The translations under genes were made by a program, and so were the position numbers. DNA of 64,000 nucleotides from Thermoplasmata archaeon (GTDB taxonomy: Archaea; Thermoplasmatota; Thermoplasmata; Lutacidiplasmatales; UBA184). The notes below the pieces were generated by a model. That model did not search any database, had not been told where the DNA came from, and was given only the letters and a program-made list of their open reading frames with translations. Where the stretch lies: assembly GCA_022750435.1 (NCBI GenBank), contig JAKIVS010000006.1, positions 36,732 through 100,731 of the forward strand, given 5' to 3'. Below, piece by piece: positions 7,196 through 16,385 of this stretch. Each line of letters begins with the position of its first letter. Positions within the stretch are counted from its first letter, which is position 1.

Positions 7196-9937
7196 GTGGG
7201 AACGGCCGACCCGGGTCGCTTCGAACGACGCGGCGGGGGGTTCCGGTGGGCCGCAGTGCTCGTCGCCGTCTTGGCGTTGCTCCCCGTCGCCGCCGTCGCG
7301 ATTCCGGCCCTGACGGCCCGCGAAACGGAATTGACCTCCTCCTCCGATGCGATCCTCCGTTCCACGGAGGTCGTAGGCGGGGCCGCGCCCCCGGTGCCGC
7401 CGCCGCCCCAGGGGGGACCGGGCCCGCGGGCCTCGAGCTCGATCCCTCCGTTGACGTGGGCGAATCTCACGGGCGTCTCGGGAGCGTCCCCCGGCCGGCT
7501 CGACCGGCCGTCGCTCGCGTACGACCCGCTTACGGGGACGGACCTCCTGTTCGGCGGGGGGGAGAACGGCCCGAGCGACGGCGCCGGAGATTCCAACGCG
7601 ACCTGGACGTTCTCGAACGGAGTCTGGGCGGCCGTCCAGCCGACCGCCTCGCCCCCGAACGCGTCCGCGGCGACGATGGCGTTCGACCCGGAGGTGAACG
7701 CCTTCGTCCTCGTCTCGCCGAACTCCCTCGGCTTCGACGACAATCCTCCGGCCTCCACCTGGGAGTTCACCGGGGGCGAGTGGTCTCCGCTCTCGACCTC
7801 GGTCGTCGGGGGACCGCCGGGGACCCGGGACGGGGCGATGGTGTACGACCCGTCGGCGGGCGAGCTCGTCCGGTTCGGAGGAAACCAGTTCACCGCCAAC
7901 GGGTGGTGGGACCGGTTGTCCAACGCCACCTGGGCGTTCGAATTCGGCGCGTGGGTCAACGTCACCGGAACTCGCGAGCCTCCGGCGTTGATCGCGCCCT
8001 CGATGGCCTACGACCCGGCCGAACACGGCGTTGTCCTGTTTGGGGGACTCACCGCGGGGAGCGGGGAGGCGGGCACGAACGAAACTTGGCTCTGGTCGAA
8101 CTGGACGTGGACGCGGCTCATCCTCCCATGGAGCCCCCCCGGAGTGACGGAAGCCCAGCTCGGTTGGGACCCCGCGGTCGGGGGTCTGGTCCTAGCGGGG
8201 GGGACTCAGATCTGGGGGTCGACCGGCCCGGGGTCGATCCGCAACACTTCGTATGCCTTCGTCAACGGCAGCTGGACGAACTTCACGCCCGCCGCCCCGT
8301 TCCCCGGCGCAGTCGGCGCGGGGCTCGGCTACGAGGCGACGTCCGGTAGCCCGTTCCTCTTCGGCGGATCCGTCGACGGCACCACCGACGCCTTCACGTG
8401 GATGCTCGCCCGCGACCCGCCGGTGACGATCGAGTCGACGGGGGCGGAGACCGACGTCGGCGTCCACGTTGGCTTCGTCGACCCCCTCGGGGTCGCGGCC
8501 CCGGGGGAACAGATCGCGTGGTCGTTCGGTGACGGGACGAACGAGATCGGAGCAAACGCCACCCACGCCTTCGCTTCGACGGGCGTGTACGCCGTCAACC
8601 TCACCGGCTCCCTCCCCGGCGCGGCGCCTGCTCCGACGGGATGGGCCGCGACGACGGTGACGGTCCTGCGGGACCCGTCCGCCTGGGTCTCGCTCGAGAA
8701 CACGTTCGTCGACGTGAGCGACTACGCGAGCGCAACCGCGACCCCGTCCCACGGAGTCGGGCCGTACAACATCTCCTGGTCGTTCGGCGACGGGAGCTAC
8801 GCGTCTGGGGCGTGGTCCGTGAAGCATCGCTACCTGGCGCCCGGGAACTACTCGCTCGCGGCGACGGTGACGGACTCGCTCGGCGGGACCAACACGATGG
8901 CGATCGCCGTGCACGTCCAGCCGTACCCGTGGGTCGACCTCGCCACCCCCCAGGTCGCCTACGACTTGGGCCAGACGATCCACCTGCAGGCGGCCACGCA
9001 GAACGGTTCGGCGCCGTTCACGTTCTCCTACACTGGGCTCCCGCCGGGGTGCCCGAGCGAGAACGTCTCCAACTACACCTGCGAGCCGACGGGAACCGGC
9101 GCGTACTCGGTCCAGGTGACCGTGCTCGACGCGAACGGGGTGCAGGACACGAGCGGGATGGTGCTCGTGACGATCGCCCCCCCGCTGAACGGCACGCTCA
9201 GCCTCTCCGCGCGCGTCGTCGACCTTGGCGCGTCGGTCACGGTCGGGGCGAGCCTCGCGAGCGACGGAAGCGGGAACGCCTCCGTGACCGTCTCCTCGCT
9301 CCTGCCGTGTCGCGCGGTCGCCACGCTGGAGGACGTCTGCACCCCGACGCTTCCCGGCACGTACATCATCAGCGCGGTCGCCGCCGACCAATCCGGCGCC
9401 ACGGAGCCGCTGGTCCCGACGGAGCTCGTCGTGAACGCCGCCCTGACGTTGAACGCCAGCGTCCCGGCCGGACCCGTGGCCCGAGGGACTCCCGTCCTAC
9501 TCTCGGTCGACGTGGGCGGCGGGACCCCACCCCTTCGGGTCGACTTCGAGTCGGTCCCGGACGGTTGCTATGCCCTGAACGCGACCGCCTATCGCTGCGA
9601 CTTCCAGCTGGCCGGAACCTACCCGATCTCGGCATCGGTGACCGACGCCCTCGGCAACACGGCGACGACGCACGCCGAGGTGGTCGTCCAGGCGCCCGCG
9701 TCCGGGGTCGGCGCGACGCCGACCCCGGTGCCCCCCTCGACGGGGTCGATCGATTACGTGTTCTGGGGGCTCGTCGCGGCTGCGGTGGCGGAGATCGCGA
9801 TGTCGGTCCGCCACAACCGCTCGCCGGACCGTCGCTGGCGCGACCGCGTCCGGAAAGGCTTATGGAGCGTTTTCGGGTCGGCGCCCATCGATGCTTCCGA
9901 CGCCGACGCAATTCCTGGAGCGGACGCTCCCCCGTAG
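7196..9937 (+). CDS. cell-surface glycoprotein with Kelch-type beta-propeller, PKD domains, Ig-like repeats and a C-terminal TM anchor
   Basis: Signal/anchor helix WAAVLVAVLALLPVAAVAIPA. Repeated Kelch-like units (..YDP..G..V.FGG......NATW.F..G.W..). Two PKD signatures (WSFGDGT..ATHAF..GVY.V.LT and WSFGDGSYASG..KHRY..PGNYSLAATVTD). Three repeats of about 85 aa with paired Cys. TM helix VFWGLVAAAVAEIAM near the C-terminus, and many N-x-S/T sequons. Confidence 0.8.
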   Translation: MGTADPGRFERRGGGFRWAAVLVAVLALLPVAAVAIPALTARETELTSSSDAILRSTEVVGGAAPPVPPPPQGGPGPRASSSIPPLTWANLTGVSGASPGRLDRPSLAYDPLTGTDLLFGGGENGPSDGAGDSNATWTFSNGVWAAVQPTASPPNASAATMAFDPEVNAFVLVSPNSLGFDDNPPASTWEFTGGEWSPLSTSVVGGPPGTRDGAMVYDPSAGELVRFGGNQFTANGWWDRLSNATWAFEFGAWVNVTGTREPPALIAPSMAYDPAEHGVVLFGGLTAGSGEAGTNETWLWSNWTWTRLILPWSPPGVTEAQLGWDPAVGGLVLAGGTQIWGSTGPGSIRNTSYAFVNGSWTNFTPAAPFPGAVGAGLGYEATSGSPFLFGGSVDGTTDAFTWMLARDPPVTIESTGAETDVGVHVGFVDPLGVAAPGEQIAWSFGDGTNEIGANATHAFASTGVYAVNLTGSLPGAAPAPTGWAATTVTVLRDPSAWVSLENTFVDVSDYASATATPSHGVGPYNISWSFGDGSYASGAWSVKHRYLAPGNYSLAATVTDSLGGTNTMAIAVHVQPYPWVDLATPQVAYDLGQTIHLQAATQNGSAPFTFSYTGLPPGCPSENVSNYTCEPTGTGAYSVQVTVLDANGVQDTSGMVLVTIAPPLNGTLSLSARVVDLGASVTVGASLASDGSGNASVTVSSLLPCRAVATLEDVCTPTLPGTYIISAVAADQSGATEPLVPTELVVNAALTLNASVPAGPVARGTPVLLSVDVGGGTPPLRVDFESVPDGCYALNATAYRCDFQLAGTYPISASVTDALGNTATTHAEVVVQAPASGVGATPTPVPPSTGSIDYVFWGLVAAAVAEIAMSVRHNRSPDRRWRDRVRKGLWSVFGSAPIDASDADAIPGADAPP

Positions 9938-10148
9938 AGCGACGCTGGCGCTCAAGGACGGTCGGACCCTGACGGGCCGATTGGTCGGGCTCGACGAGCA
10001 GCTGAACCTCGTGCTCGACGACGCCGAGGAGTCGGGGGGCGCGGTGGCGCGACGGCTCGGCCGGGTCGTCGTCCGCGGCTCGAGCGTCGCGAGCCTGGTG
10101 ACCGACGACGGACCGGGCCATCGGAGCGGGGCTCCCGCGGCGCCATGA
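9891..10148 (+). CDS. Sm-like (LSm) archaeal protein
   Basis: PTQFLERTL..RATLALKDGRTLTGRLVGLDEQLNLVLDDAEE is the Sm1/Sm2 pattern. It overlaps the end of the preceding gene by 47 nt. Confidence 0.8.
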   Translation: MLPTPTQFLERTLPRRATLALKDGRTLTGRLVGLDEQLNLVLDDAEESGGAVARRLGRVVVRGSSVASLVTDDGPGHRSGAPAAP

Positions 10149-10825
10149 CCGTCGCCGCCGCGCCGTCGAAGGGACCGGAACTGGCGATCCTCCGCCACCT
10201 CGCCTCGGTCGGCGGGAGCCACACGCCGATCGTCCTCTCTTCCCGCGAAGCCGGGGCCGCCGTCGGCGTCAGCCAGCAGGCGGCCGACCGCCATCTGGTC
10301 GCGCTCGCCAAGCGCGGCCTCATCACGCGCCAGCTCGCCGCACGCCGCCAGCGGATCTCGGTGACGCCGGCCGGGATGGAGCAGCTCCGCCGGGAGTACG
10401 AGCAGTACCGCCGGATCTTCGAGGGGCCGGGTCGAATGAAGTTCTCCGGGGAGGTCGCCTCGGGTCTCGGGGAGGGCCGGTACTACCTGAGCCAGCCCGG
10501 GTACATGCTTCAGTTCGCCGAGCGGCTCGGTTACTCGCCGTATCCGGGGACGCTCAACGTTCGGGTCGGACCGGAAGACCGGGAGCGTCTGGACGCCGCC
10601 CGCCACTGGAAGGGAATCCGGATCGACGGGTTCGAGGCGGGCGGCCGGACGTTCGGTGGCGCCACGTGCTTCGAGGCGCGGCTCGGAGGCCGACGCTCCC
10701 ACTGGATCGTCCCGGACCGGACCCACCACACCGACGTGGCCGAGTTCATCGCGCCCGACTTCCTCCGGAAGGAGCTCCCCGCCAAGGACGGCGACCGCGT
10801 CGACGTGACGATCGAGGAGGCGTAG
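10145..10825 (+). CDS. ribK: winged-HTH fused to CTP-dependent riboflavin kinase (RbkR-type)
   Basis: N-terminal MarR-like wHTH (GVSQQAADRHLVALAKRGLITRQ). C-terminal GEVASGLGEGRYYLSQPGY..FAERLGYSPYPGTLNVRV is typical of archaeal riboflavin kinase. ATGA overlap with the LSm gene. Confidence 0.8.
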   Translation: MTVAAAPSKGPELAILRHLASVGGSHTPIVLSSREAGAAVGVSQQAADRHLVALAKRGLITRQLAARRQRISVTPAGMEQLRREYEQYRRIFEGPGRMKFSGEVASGLGEGRYYLSQPGYMLQFAERLGYSPYPGTLNVRVGPEDRERLDAARHWKGIRIDGFEAGGRTFGGATCFEARLGGRRSHWIVPDRTHHTDVAEFIAPDFLRKELPAKDGDRVDVTIEEA

Positions 10826-11845
10826 GTGCCGGAGTCGGTCGCCCGCGCCGTGGCGCGCGAACGTCGTCCTCCGCCCGGTAGCCCACCGACCGCTCGCGAA
10901 CCGGTCAATCTGTGGAGCGAGGACGAGGCGATTGGGACCGACCGCGTCCGCGCGTTCGTCGCCATCCTCCGGACCCGTGGCTGCTACTGGGCGGATGTGA
11001 AGGGCTGCTCGATGTGCGGCTACGCCCGCGATACGCTCGGACGGTCGGCGACCTCGGAGGAGCTGCAGACCCAGCTCGACCGGCTCCTGGAGCGGTATCG
11101 CGGGGAGCCGTACGTGAAGGTGTACACCTCGGGGAGCTTCCTCGACGACCGGGAAGTCGACCCGGAGTCCCGGGTCCGGCTCGCGAAGGCGTTCCACGGA
11201 CGCGCGCGGCGGCTCCTGTTCGAGACCCTCCCGGAGTTTGCGACCGAGGCCGCCGTCGGCGCGGTACGCGACGCGTTCGACGGCGAGCTCGAGGTCGCCC
11301 TCGGTCTCGAGTCGACGCAGCCGGAGGTGCTCGGCCGGCTGATCAACAAGGGCGAAACGCCCGCGGAGTACCTCGCCGCTGCCGACCGACTCCGCTCCTT
11401 CCGCGTCCACCCGAAGGCGTACCTATTGCTGAAGCCGCCGTACCTCACCGAGGCCGAGTCGGTCGCTGACGTGATCCGGTCGGTGGAGGTCGCCCGCTCG
11501 CACTTCGACGCGATCTCGGTGAACCCGGTGCACATCCAGAACGGCACGGTCGTCGAGTGGCTGTTCCGCCGAGGACGGTACCGGCCACCCTGGCTGTGGA
11601 GCTTGGTGGACGCAATGCGGGCCGGCGCGCCGGGACGCGGGGCCACCCGGCTCGTCACCTTCCCGACGGCGGGTGGGCTGCCGCGCGGACCGCACAACTG
11701 CGGGCGGTGCGACCGGACGGTGCTCAACGCCCTCGAAGAGGCGTCGCTCTCCCAATCGTTCGAGGGCTTGGATCCGCTGACCTGCGAGTGCCGCGGAGAG
11801 TACGAGCGCTGGCGCGACCTCGAGGCGCTCGGGGTCGAGGCGTGA
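10826..11845 (+). CDS. radical SAM protein, TIGR01210/RaSEA-like (archaeosine biosynthesis family)
   Basis: ILRTRGCYWADVKGCSMCGY cluster-binding motif and the overall length (339 aa) fit the archaeal RaSEA family. The GTG start immediately follows the ribK stop. Confidence 0.6.
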   Translation: MPESVARAVARERRPPPGSPPTAREPVNLWSEDEAIGTDRVRAFVAILRTRGCYWADVKGCSMCGYARDTLGRSATSEELQTQLDRLLERYRGEPYVKVYTSGSFLDDREVDPESRVRLAKAFHGRARRLLFETLPEFATEAAVGAVRDAFDGELEVALGLESTQPEVLGRLINKGETPAEYLAAADRLRSFRVHPKAYLLLKPPYLTEAESVADVIRSVEVARSHFDAISVNPVHIQNGTVVEWLFRRGRYRPPWLWSLVDAMRAGAPGRGATRLVTFPTAGGLPRGPHNCGRCDRTVLNALEEASLSQSFEGLDPLTCECRGEYERWRDLEALGVEA

Positions 11846-12651
11846 GCGCGCTCGCCCCGAAGCTCCCGAGTTACGCGCACGAGACGATCACCCGGTTCCT
11901 GCGCGCCCACTTGGATGGCCCTCCGGCGCACCGCGCCGTCGTGGGCCTGTCCGGCGGCATCGACTCGGCCCTCGTGGCGCGCCTGGCGGTCGATGCGGTC
12001 GGCGCCGCCCGGGTCGTCGGGGTCCTCCTCCCGGACGAGCTGTACTCCGACGCCCTCCGTGCGGAGACGGAAGCGTTCGCGAACTCCCTCGGCGTCCAGG
12101 TGCGCGTGGTCCCGATCGGCCCCGTCGTGGACGCGGTCCGCAAGACGGTCCCCGGCACGACCGACCGAACGACCCTCGGCAACGTCGCGCCGCGCCTTCG
12201 GATGACCGTCCTCTACACGATCGCCCGGTCGGTCGGAGGCCTCGTCGTCGGGACGGGCAACAAGTCGGAGCTCCTCCTCGGCTACTTCACGAAGCACGGC
12301 GACGGGGGCGTCGACCTGCTTCCGATCGGGGACTTGTACAAGACCGAAGTACGGGAGCTCGCGGCCCAGCTCGGACTTCCGGAGGCGGTCCGTACCCGGG
12401 CCCCGACGGCTGGGCTCTGGGAGGGTCAGACCGACGAGGCGGAGCTCGGTCTCCCGTACGAGTCGATCGACCGGATCCTGAAGGGGCTTGAGGAGCTCCG
12501 AGAGCCCGAGGAGATCGCCCGGGTGACCGGGATCCCCCGCGCCCAGGTCGATGCGATCGTCGCCCGGGTGACCCACAACCGGCACAAGCGGCGGCCGGCC
12601 CCGATTCCGAAGCTCGGGCTCCGGACCGTCGGCGTCGACTGGCGCGACTGA
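11842..12651 (+). CDS. nadE: NH3-dependent NAD+ synthetase
   Basis: VVGLSGGIDSALVA (PP-loop SGGxDS), GTGNKSELLLGYFTKHGDGG and DLLPIGDLYKTEVREL. GTGA overlap with the upstream gene. The track ORF 11557.. is over-extended. Confidence 0.9.
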   Translation: MSALAPKLPSYAHETITRFLRAHLDGPPAHRAVVGLSGGIDSALVARLAVDAVGAARVVGVLLPDELYSDALRAETEAFANSLGVQVRVVPIGPVVDAVRKTVPGTTDRTTLGNVAPRLRMTVLYTIARSVGGLVVGTGNKSELLLGYFTKHGDGGVDLLPIGDLYKTEVRELAAQLGLPEAVRTRAPTAGLWEGQTDEAELGLPYESIDRILKGLEELREPEEIARVTGIPRAQVDAIVARVTHNRHKRRPAPIPKLGLRTVGVDWRD

Positions 12652-12659
12652 GCTAGGCC

Positions 12660-14150
12660 TCAGTCGATCTCGTCCTCGGTCAGGTTCGGGGACGGCGGCC
12701 CGGTGTCCCACTCGTTGGGGTTCACGACGAACATCGTCCCGCCGTGAACGAGGCCGGCTTCGCCCGGCGGCGGTGGGTGATACGGGTACGTCGCGTTGGG
12801 GGGCGAGGTCGGGAAGAAGACGGGCGGCCGCGGCGGGTTCTGGAAGTCGAAGAACCCGAGCGGGAGCGGTGCATTGCAGTCCCGGTGGGTGATGCAGCCG
12901 AGGCCGAAGCGCCACTCGATGAAGTGCAGGATCGACTCGAAGTACCCGAGCGAGTGGACGACCAGTCCGGCCGTCGTGTACGGGCTAATCACGATCAGCG
13001 GCACGCGGAACGAGAGCCCGAGCGGGTCGATTGACGGCGGCGCGACGTGGTCGTAGAACCCGCCGTAGTCGTCCCACGTGAGGAAAATTGCCGTGGAGTT
13101 CCAGTCCGGTGAGGCCTCCACCGCGTCGACGACACTCGCGACGTACGACTCCCCGAGGGAGAGATTGGCAGGCGGGTGGTCGGAGAAGCTCGGGTCGGGG
13201 ATGACCCACGAGACGTCGGGAAGCTGGCCGGCCGTCGTGTCGTTGAAGAAGTCGCTCCGCGAGACGAAATGGTGGACGTACCACTGAGTGTACGATTCGT
13301 ACTTCGCGGCGAGCGGGTTCCAGTAGTTGTAGGCGGAGTGGGAGTACACCGTCGCCGCGCCGTTGATGGCGGCCTGGTACGAGGGGAGAGCCCAGTCGTA
13401 GTACTTCCACGTCGTCGACGGGGAGTTGTTGAGGAGGTCCTCGACCGTCTCGGTCTGGTTGGAGGCGTTCAGGTAGGCGTGCTTCGCCTGGAACCCGCCG
13501 TTGGCGAGGACGGTGGTGTTGATCGATTGGGGCGGCGCCTGGCCCGCCAGGAGGTACCAGTGGTTGGGGAGGGAGTACGAGAGTGCCGAGGAAAAGAAAT
13601 TGTCCGCGAGGCCGAACTCCTCCGCCATGTCCCAGTAGTCCGGAAGCGTCGCTCCGGTGTAGTAGCCGAACGGCGTGAGACCGGTGTGCTCGGCGGAGTA
13701 GAACCCGTCCATACGTCCGTCGTCGATCGATGCGACCGACGCGTTCCACTCGTGCGGCGGGGAGGGAGTCACGAGGCCGGACGCGTTGTAGGGGTAGGGC
13801 GTAATGCAACCTTGGGAAGGGTTCGAGGTATCGTACGGAATGCAGGTGCCCGACGGAATCCCGTTCGCGGTGTCCGGGCAGTACGGCCCGTAGGTTTGGC
13901 AGTAGGCGCCGAACAGATTGTCGTAGGCATGGTTCTCCATCACGACGACGACGATGTGGTGGATGGGAAAGTTCGCGGGGCCACCTGGGACGGTGCCCTC
14001 GAGGTAGACCAAGGGAACGGCCGTCGCGACCACCACCAGAACCACGATGGCCGATGCGGTGGTGCGATGGTGATTCGAGGTCGACACCGCGGACTCCGAC
14101 GCTCCGGGTCGTTGGGCCCCGTCGCTCGGGAGGTTCGAGATGGACGCCAC
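12660..14150 (-). CDS. phosphoesterase family protein (phospholipase C / acid phosphatase AcpA-like), signal-anchored
   Basis: N-terminal TM helix [16 protein letters not shown], then [19 protein letters not shown] and ..[15 protein letters not shown].., which are typical of the PF04185 phosphoesterase family. Confidence 0.75.
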   Translation of the reverse strand: MASISNLPSDGAQRPGASESAVSTSNHHRTTASAIVVLVVVATAVPLVYLEGTVPGGPANFPIHHIVVVVMENHAYDNLFGAYCQTYGPYCPDTANGIPSGTCIPYDTSNPSQGCITPYPYNASGLVTPSPPHEWNASVASIDDGRMDGFYSAEHTGLTPFGYYTGATLPDYWDMAEEFGLADNFFSSALSYSLPNHWYLLAGQAPPQSINTTVLANGGFQAKHAYLNASNQTETVEDLLNNSPSTTWKYYDWALPSYQAAINGAATVYSHSAYNYWNPLAAKYESYTQWYVHHFVSRSDFFNDTTAGQLPDVSWVIPDPSFSDHPPANLSLGESYVASVVDAVEASPDWNSTAIFLTWDDYGGFYDHVAPPSIDPLGLSFRVPLIVISPYTTAGLVVHSLGYFESILHFIEWRFGLGCITHRDCNAPLPLGFFDFQNPPRPPVFFPTSPPNATYPYHPPPPGEAGLVHGGTMFVVNPNEWDTGPPSPNLTEDEID

Positions 14151-14317
14151 GATGAGGGGAGCCTACCCGCGGGAGTCCTTCATTGTACCGTACGACCCCT
14201 GGTCCGCCGGAGGAGCGGACGCGAACGGTGCCCTCGCCGAAGCGCGAAACCTTTTAGTGAACGGGCGCTCGGCGGGGACGAGCCTGCGCGAACCGCGCGG
14301 GGGCGCGAAGGCGAGGG

Positions 14318-15202
14318 ATGGACCGGGAGACCTACCGTCGACTGTACGAACGTCTCGCCACCGTCGAGGACGTGGCGACCGTCGCCGCGGCCGAGCAGCT
14401 CGACGAGGAGCTCCTGTTCGTCATCCACACCCACCGGGTGACGCGCGATGCCACGCGCCGCTTCTACGTGGTCAAGCGCCAGGTCCCGCGCCTCGCCACG
14501 CAGTGGCGCCACGGTCGGACCATCCTCGACATCGCGAAGGAGTGGAAGTTCCCGCCCGTCCTCACGGGCCAGATCCTCCTCGGGGAGCTCGGTGTGCCGC
14601 GCAAGAAGGTCTGGCAATCGTTCCTCCATCCCGAGACCGCACCCGACGCCCGCATCCGCACCGAGGTCGAGGAACTGCTGCGCCACGACCAGATTTACTC
14701 CCCCGCCGGGATGGACCGGCAGCGCGCCCGCGGCGAGGTCGGCGAGGCGCGCCTCTACGCGTGGCTCGAGAAGCACGGCATCGGGTACCGGACGGAGAAG
14801 GATCTCCGCGGAAAGTACTCGAAGACCCCCGACGCCCTCCTCGACCAGCCGATCATGTTCTACGGCCAGAAGATCACCTGGATCGAATCGAAGGGGAACT
14901 TCGGCGACGACGTGGAGCTGAAGAAGAACCTGAAGCGCCAGCTCGGCCCGTACACCGAACTGTTCGGCGAGGGCGCAGTCGTCTACTGGTTCGGGTACAT
15001 CGACGGGGCGGAGTCGCCGCCGGGGATCCTGCTCTGGGACGGCGAGACGATCGAGGGCCTCACGCCGGTCCCACCGGACCATCCCGAGGAATCTCCGTCT
15101 GCGTCCCCGTCGCCAAATCCCGTTCGACGATTTGGCCACGGGCGAGCTCCTGCGGCCCGACGATCCACGCCCGGCGCGCCCGGCGCCGCGACGCCTCCCT
15201 GA
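14318..15202 (+). CDS. TPD-motif PD-(D/E)XK nuclease, homolog of eukaryotic CDIN1 (C15orf41)
   Basis: N-terminal HTH-like region. SKTPDALLDQPIMFYGQKITWIESKGNFGD gives a PD...E-x-K nuclease core with the family-defining TPD motif. The 3' end overlaps hisS convergently. Confidence 0.55.
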   Translation: MDRETYRRLYERLATVEDVATVAAAEQLDEELLFVIHTHRVTRDATRRFYVVKRQVPRLATQWRHGRTILDIAKEWKFPPVLTGQILLGELGVPRKKVWQSFLHPETAPDARIRTEVEELLRHDQIYSPAGMDRQRARGEVGEARLYAWLEKHGIGYRTEKDLRGKYSKTPDALLDQPIMFYGQKITWIESKGNFGDDVELKKNLKRQLGPYTELFGEGAVVYWFGYIDGAESPPGILLWDGETIEGLTPVPPDHPEESPSASPSPNPVRRFGHGRAPAARRSTPGAPGAATPP

Positions 15203-16361
15203 GCTGGCGCGAGAGCGACCGCCGCATCGGGTCGAAGTCGGCGGAGACGCCGGCTCTCCGCAGCTTCGCGACGAGCTCGAGGACGACGGAGCGGACCTCG
15301 GGGCCGGTCGCCACGACGTAGGTGTCGAGCGGCGGCTCTCCCTCCGGCCAGCGCCCGTTCGCCCGGAGCAGGAGCTCGAGGGTCTGGTCGCCGATGGCGA
15401 GCCCGCACGCCGGGGTCGGTGGACCGCCGAACAGCTCCACCAGGTGGTCGTACCGACCGCCGCCGAACAGCGAGCGGAGGTCCCCCTCCTTGTCGAACGC
15501 CTCGAAGACGGAGCTCGTGTAGTACTCGAGGCCCCGGACCACCGTGGGGTCGTACACCGTCCGGTCGGCGACGCCGACCGTTCCGAGCAGGGCGAACGTG
15601 TCGCGGAGTCGCGCCACCCCGGCGTCGGCCGCTTCCCCGAGCCCGAGACCGGCGAGCTCGTCGAGGATGGGTCCCATCGACCCGGCCGGGACCCCGTCGC
15701 CGGCCTTCTCGAGGTGCGCGCGCAGGAAGTCGATCCCCTCGGGCGTGACGCCCGCGCCGGCGAGCGCGTCGGCGAACTCGCCGCCCGACGTCTTGCGGGA
15801 CCGGTCGACGGCCCGGAAGTACCTCCCCCCGTCCTGGACGCCGAAGCGCCGGCCGATCCCCTCGGCGAGCGCGCGGTCGTTCAGCCGGAACGCGTAGAGC
15901 CCGGTCGCCCCGGCGTCGTCCATCAGCGCGGCCGCCGTCTGGAGAAGCTCGACCTCGGCCTCCACGCCCGGCACGCCGAGGATGTCGAGGTTGAACTGGG
16001 AGAACTCACGCGTGCGTCCGGACTGCGGCTCCTCGTAGCGCCACAGCTTCGAGTGCGTGAACCACTTGACCGGGAGCGGCTCCGCCTTCGCCCGGTCCAC
16101 GAAGATCCGGGCAAGCGACGGCGTCGTTTCAGCGAGGAGTGCGACCGGTCGGTCGCCCTTGTCGCGGAACGCCCAGACCTGCTGGCCGATCTCCTCGCCA
16201 CTCTTCGCTTGGAACAGCTCGAGGGATTCCACCGACGGGGTCTCGAGTTCCTGGAAGCCCGAACGCCGGGCGGCGGCGCGCATGCGCCGGAAGATCTCGC
16301 TCCGCGCCCCGCCGTCGGGCGGCGGGTAGTCGCGGAAGCCGCGAAGGGTCTCGAACGGCAC
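15060..16361 (-). CDS. hisS: histidine--tRNA ligase
   Basis: MPFETLRGFRDYPP start, class II aaRS motifs (..FRYEEPQ.GR.REF.Q..) and a C-terminal anticodon-binding domain. Confidence 0.92.
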   Translation of the reverse strand: MPFETLRGFRDYPPPDGGARSEIFRRMRAAARRSGFQELETPSVESLELFQAKSGEEIGQQVWAFRDKGDRPVALLAETTPSLARIFVDRAKAEPLPVKWFTHSKLWRYEEPQSGRTREFSQFNLDILGVPGVEAEVELLQTAAALMDDAGATGLYAFRLNDRALAEGIGRRFGVQDGGRYFRAVDRSRKTSGGEFADALAGAGVTPEGIDFLRAHLEKAGDGVPAGSMGPILDELAGLGLGEAADAGVARLRDTFALLGTVGVADRTVYDPTVVRGLEYYTSSVFEAFDKEGDLRSLFGGGRYDHLVELFGGPPTPACGLAIGDQTLELLLRANGRWPEGEPPLDTYVVATGPEVRSVVLELVAKLRRAGVSADFDPMRRSLSRQLREASRRRARRAWIVGPQELARGQIVERDLATGTQTEIPRDGPVGPA

Positions 16362-16385
16362 GCTTCGGCGAGCGGTCCGTGAGTA

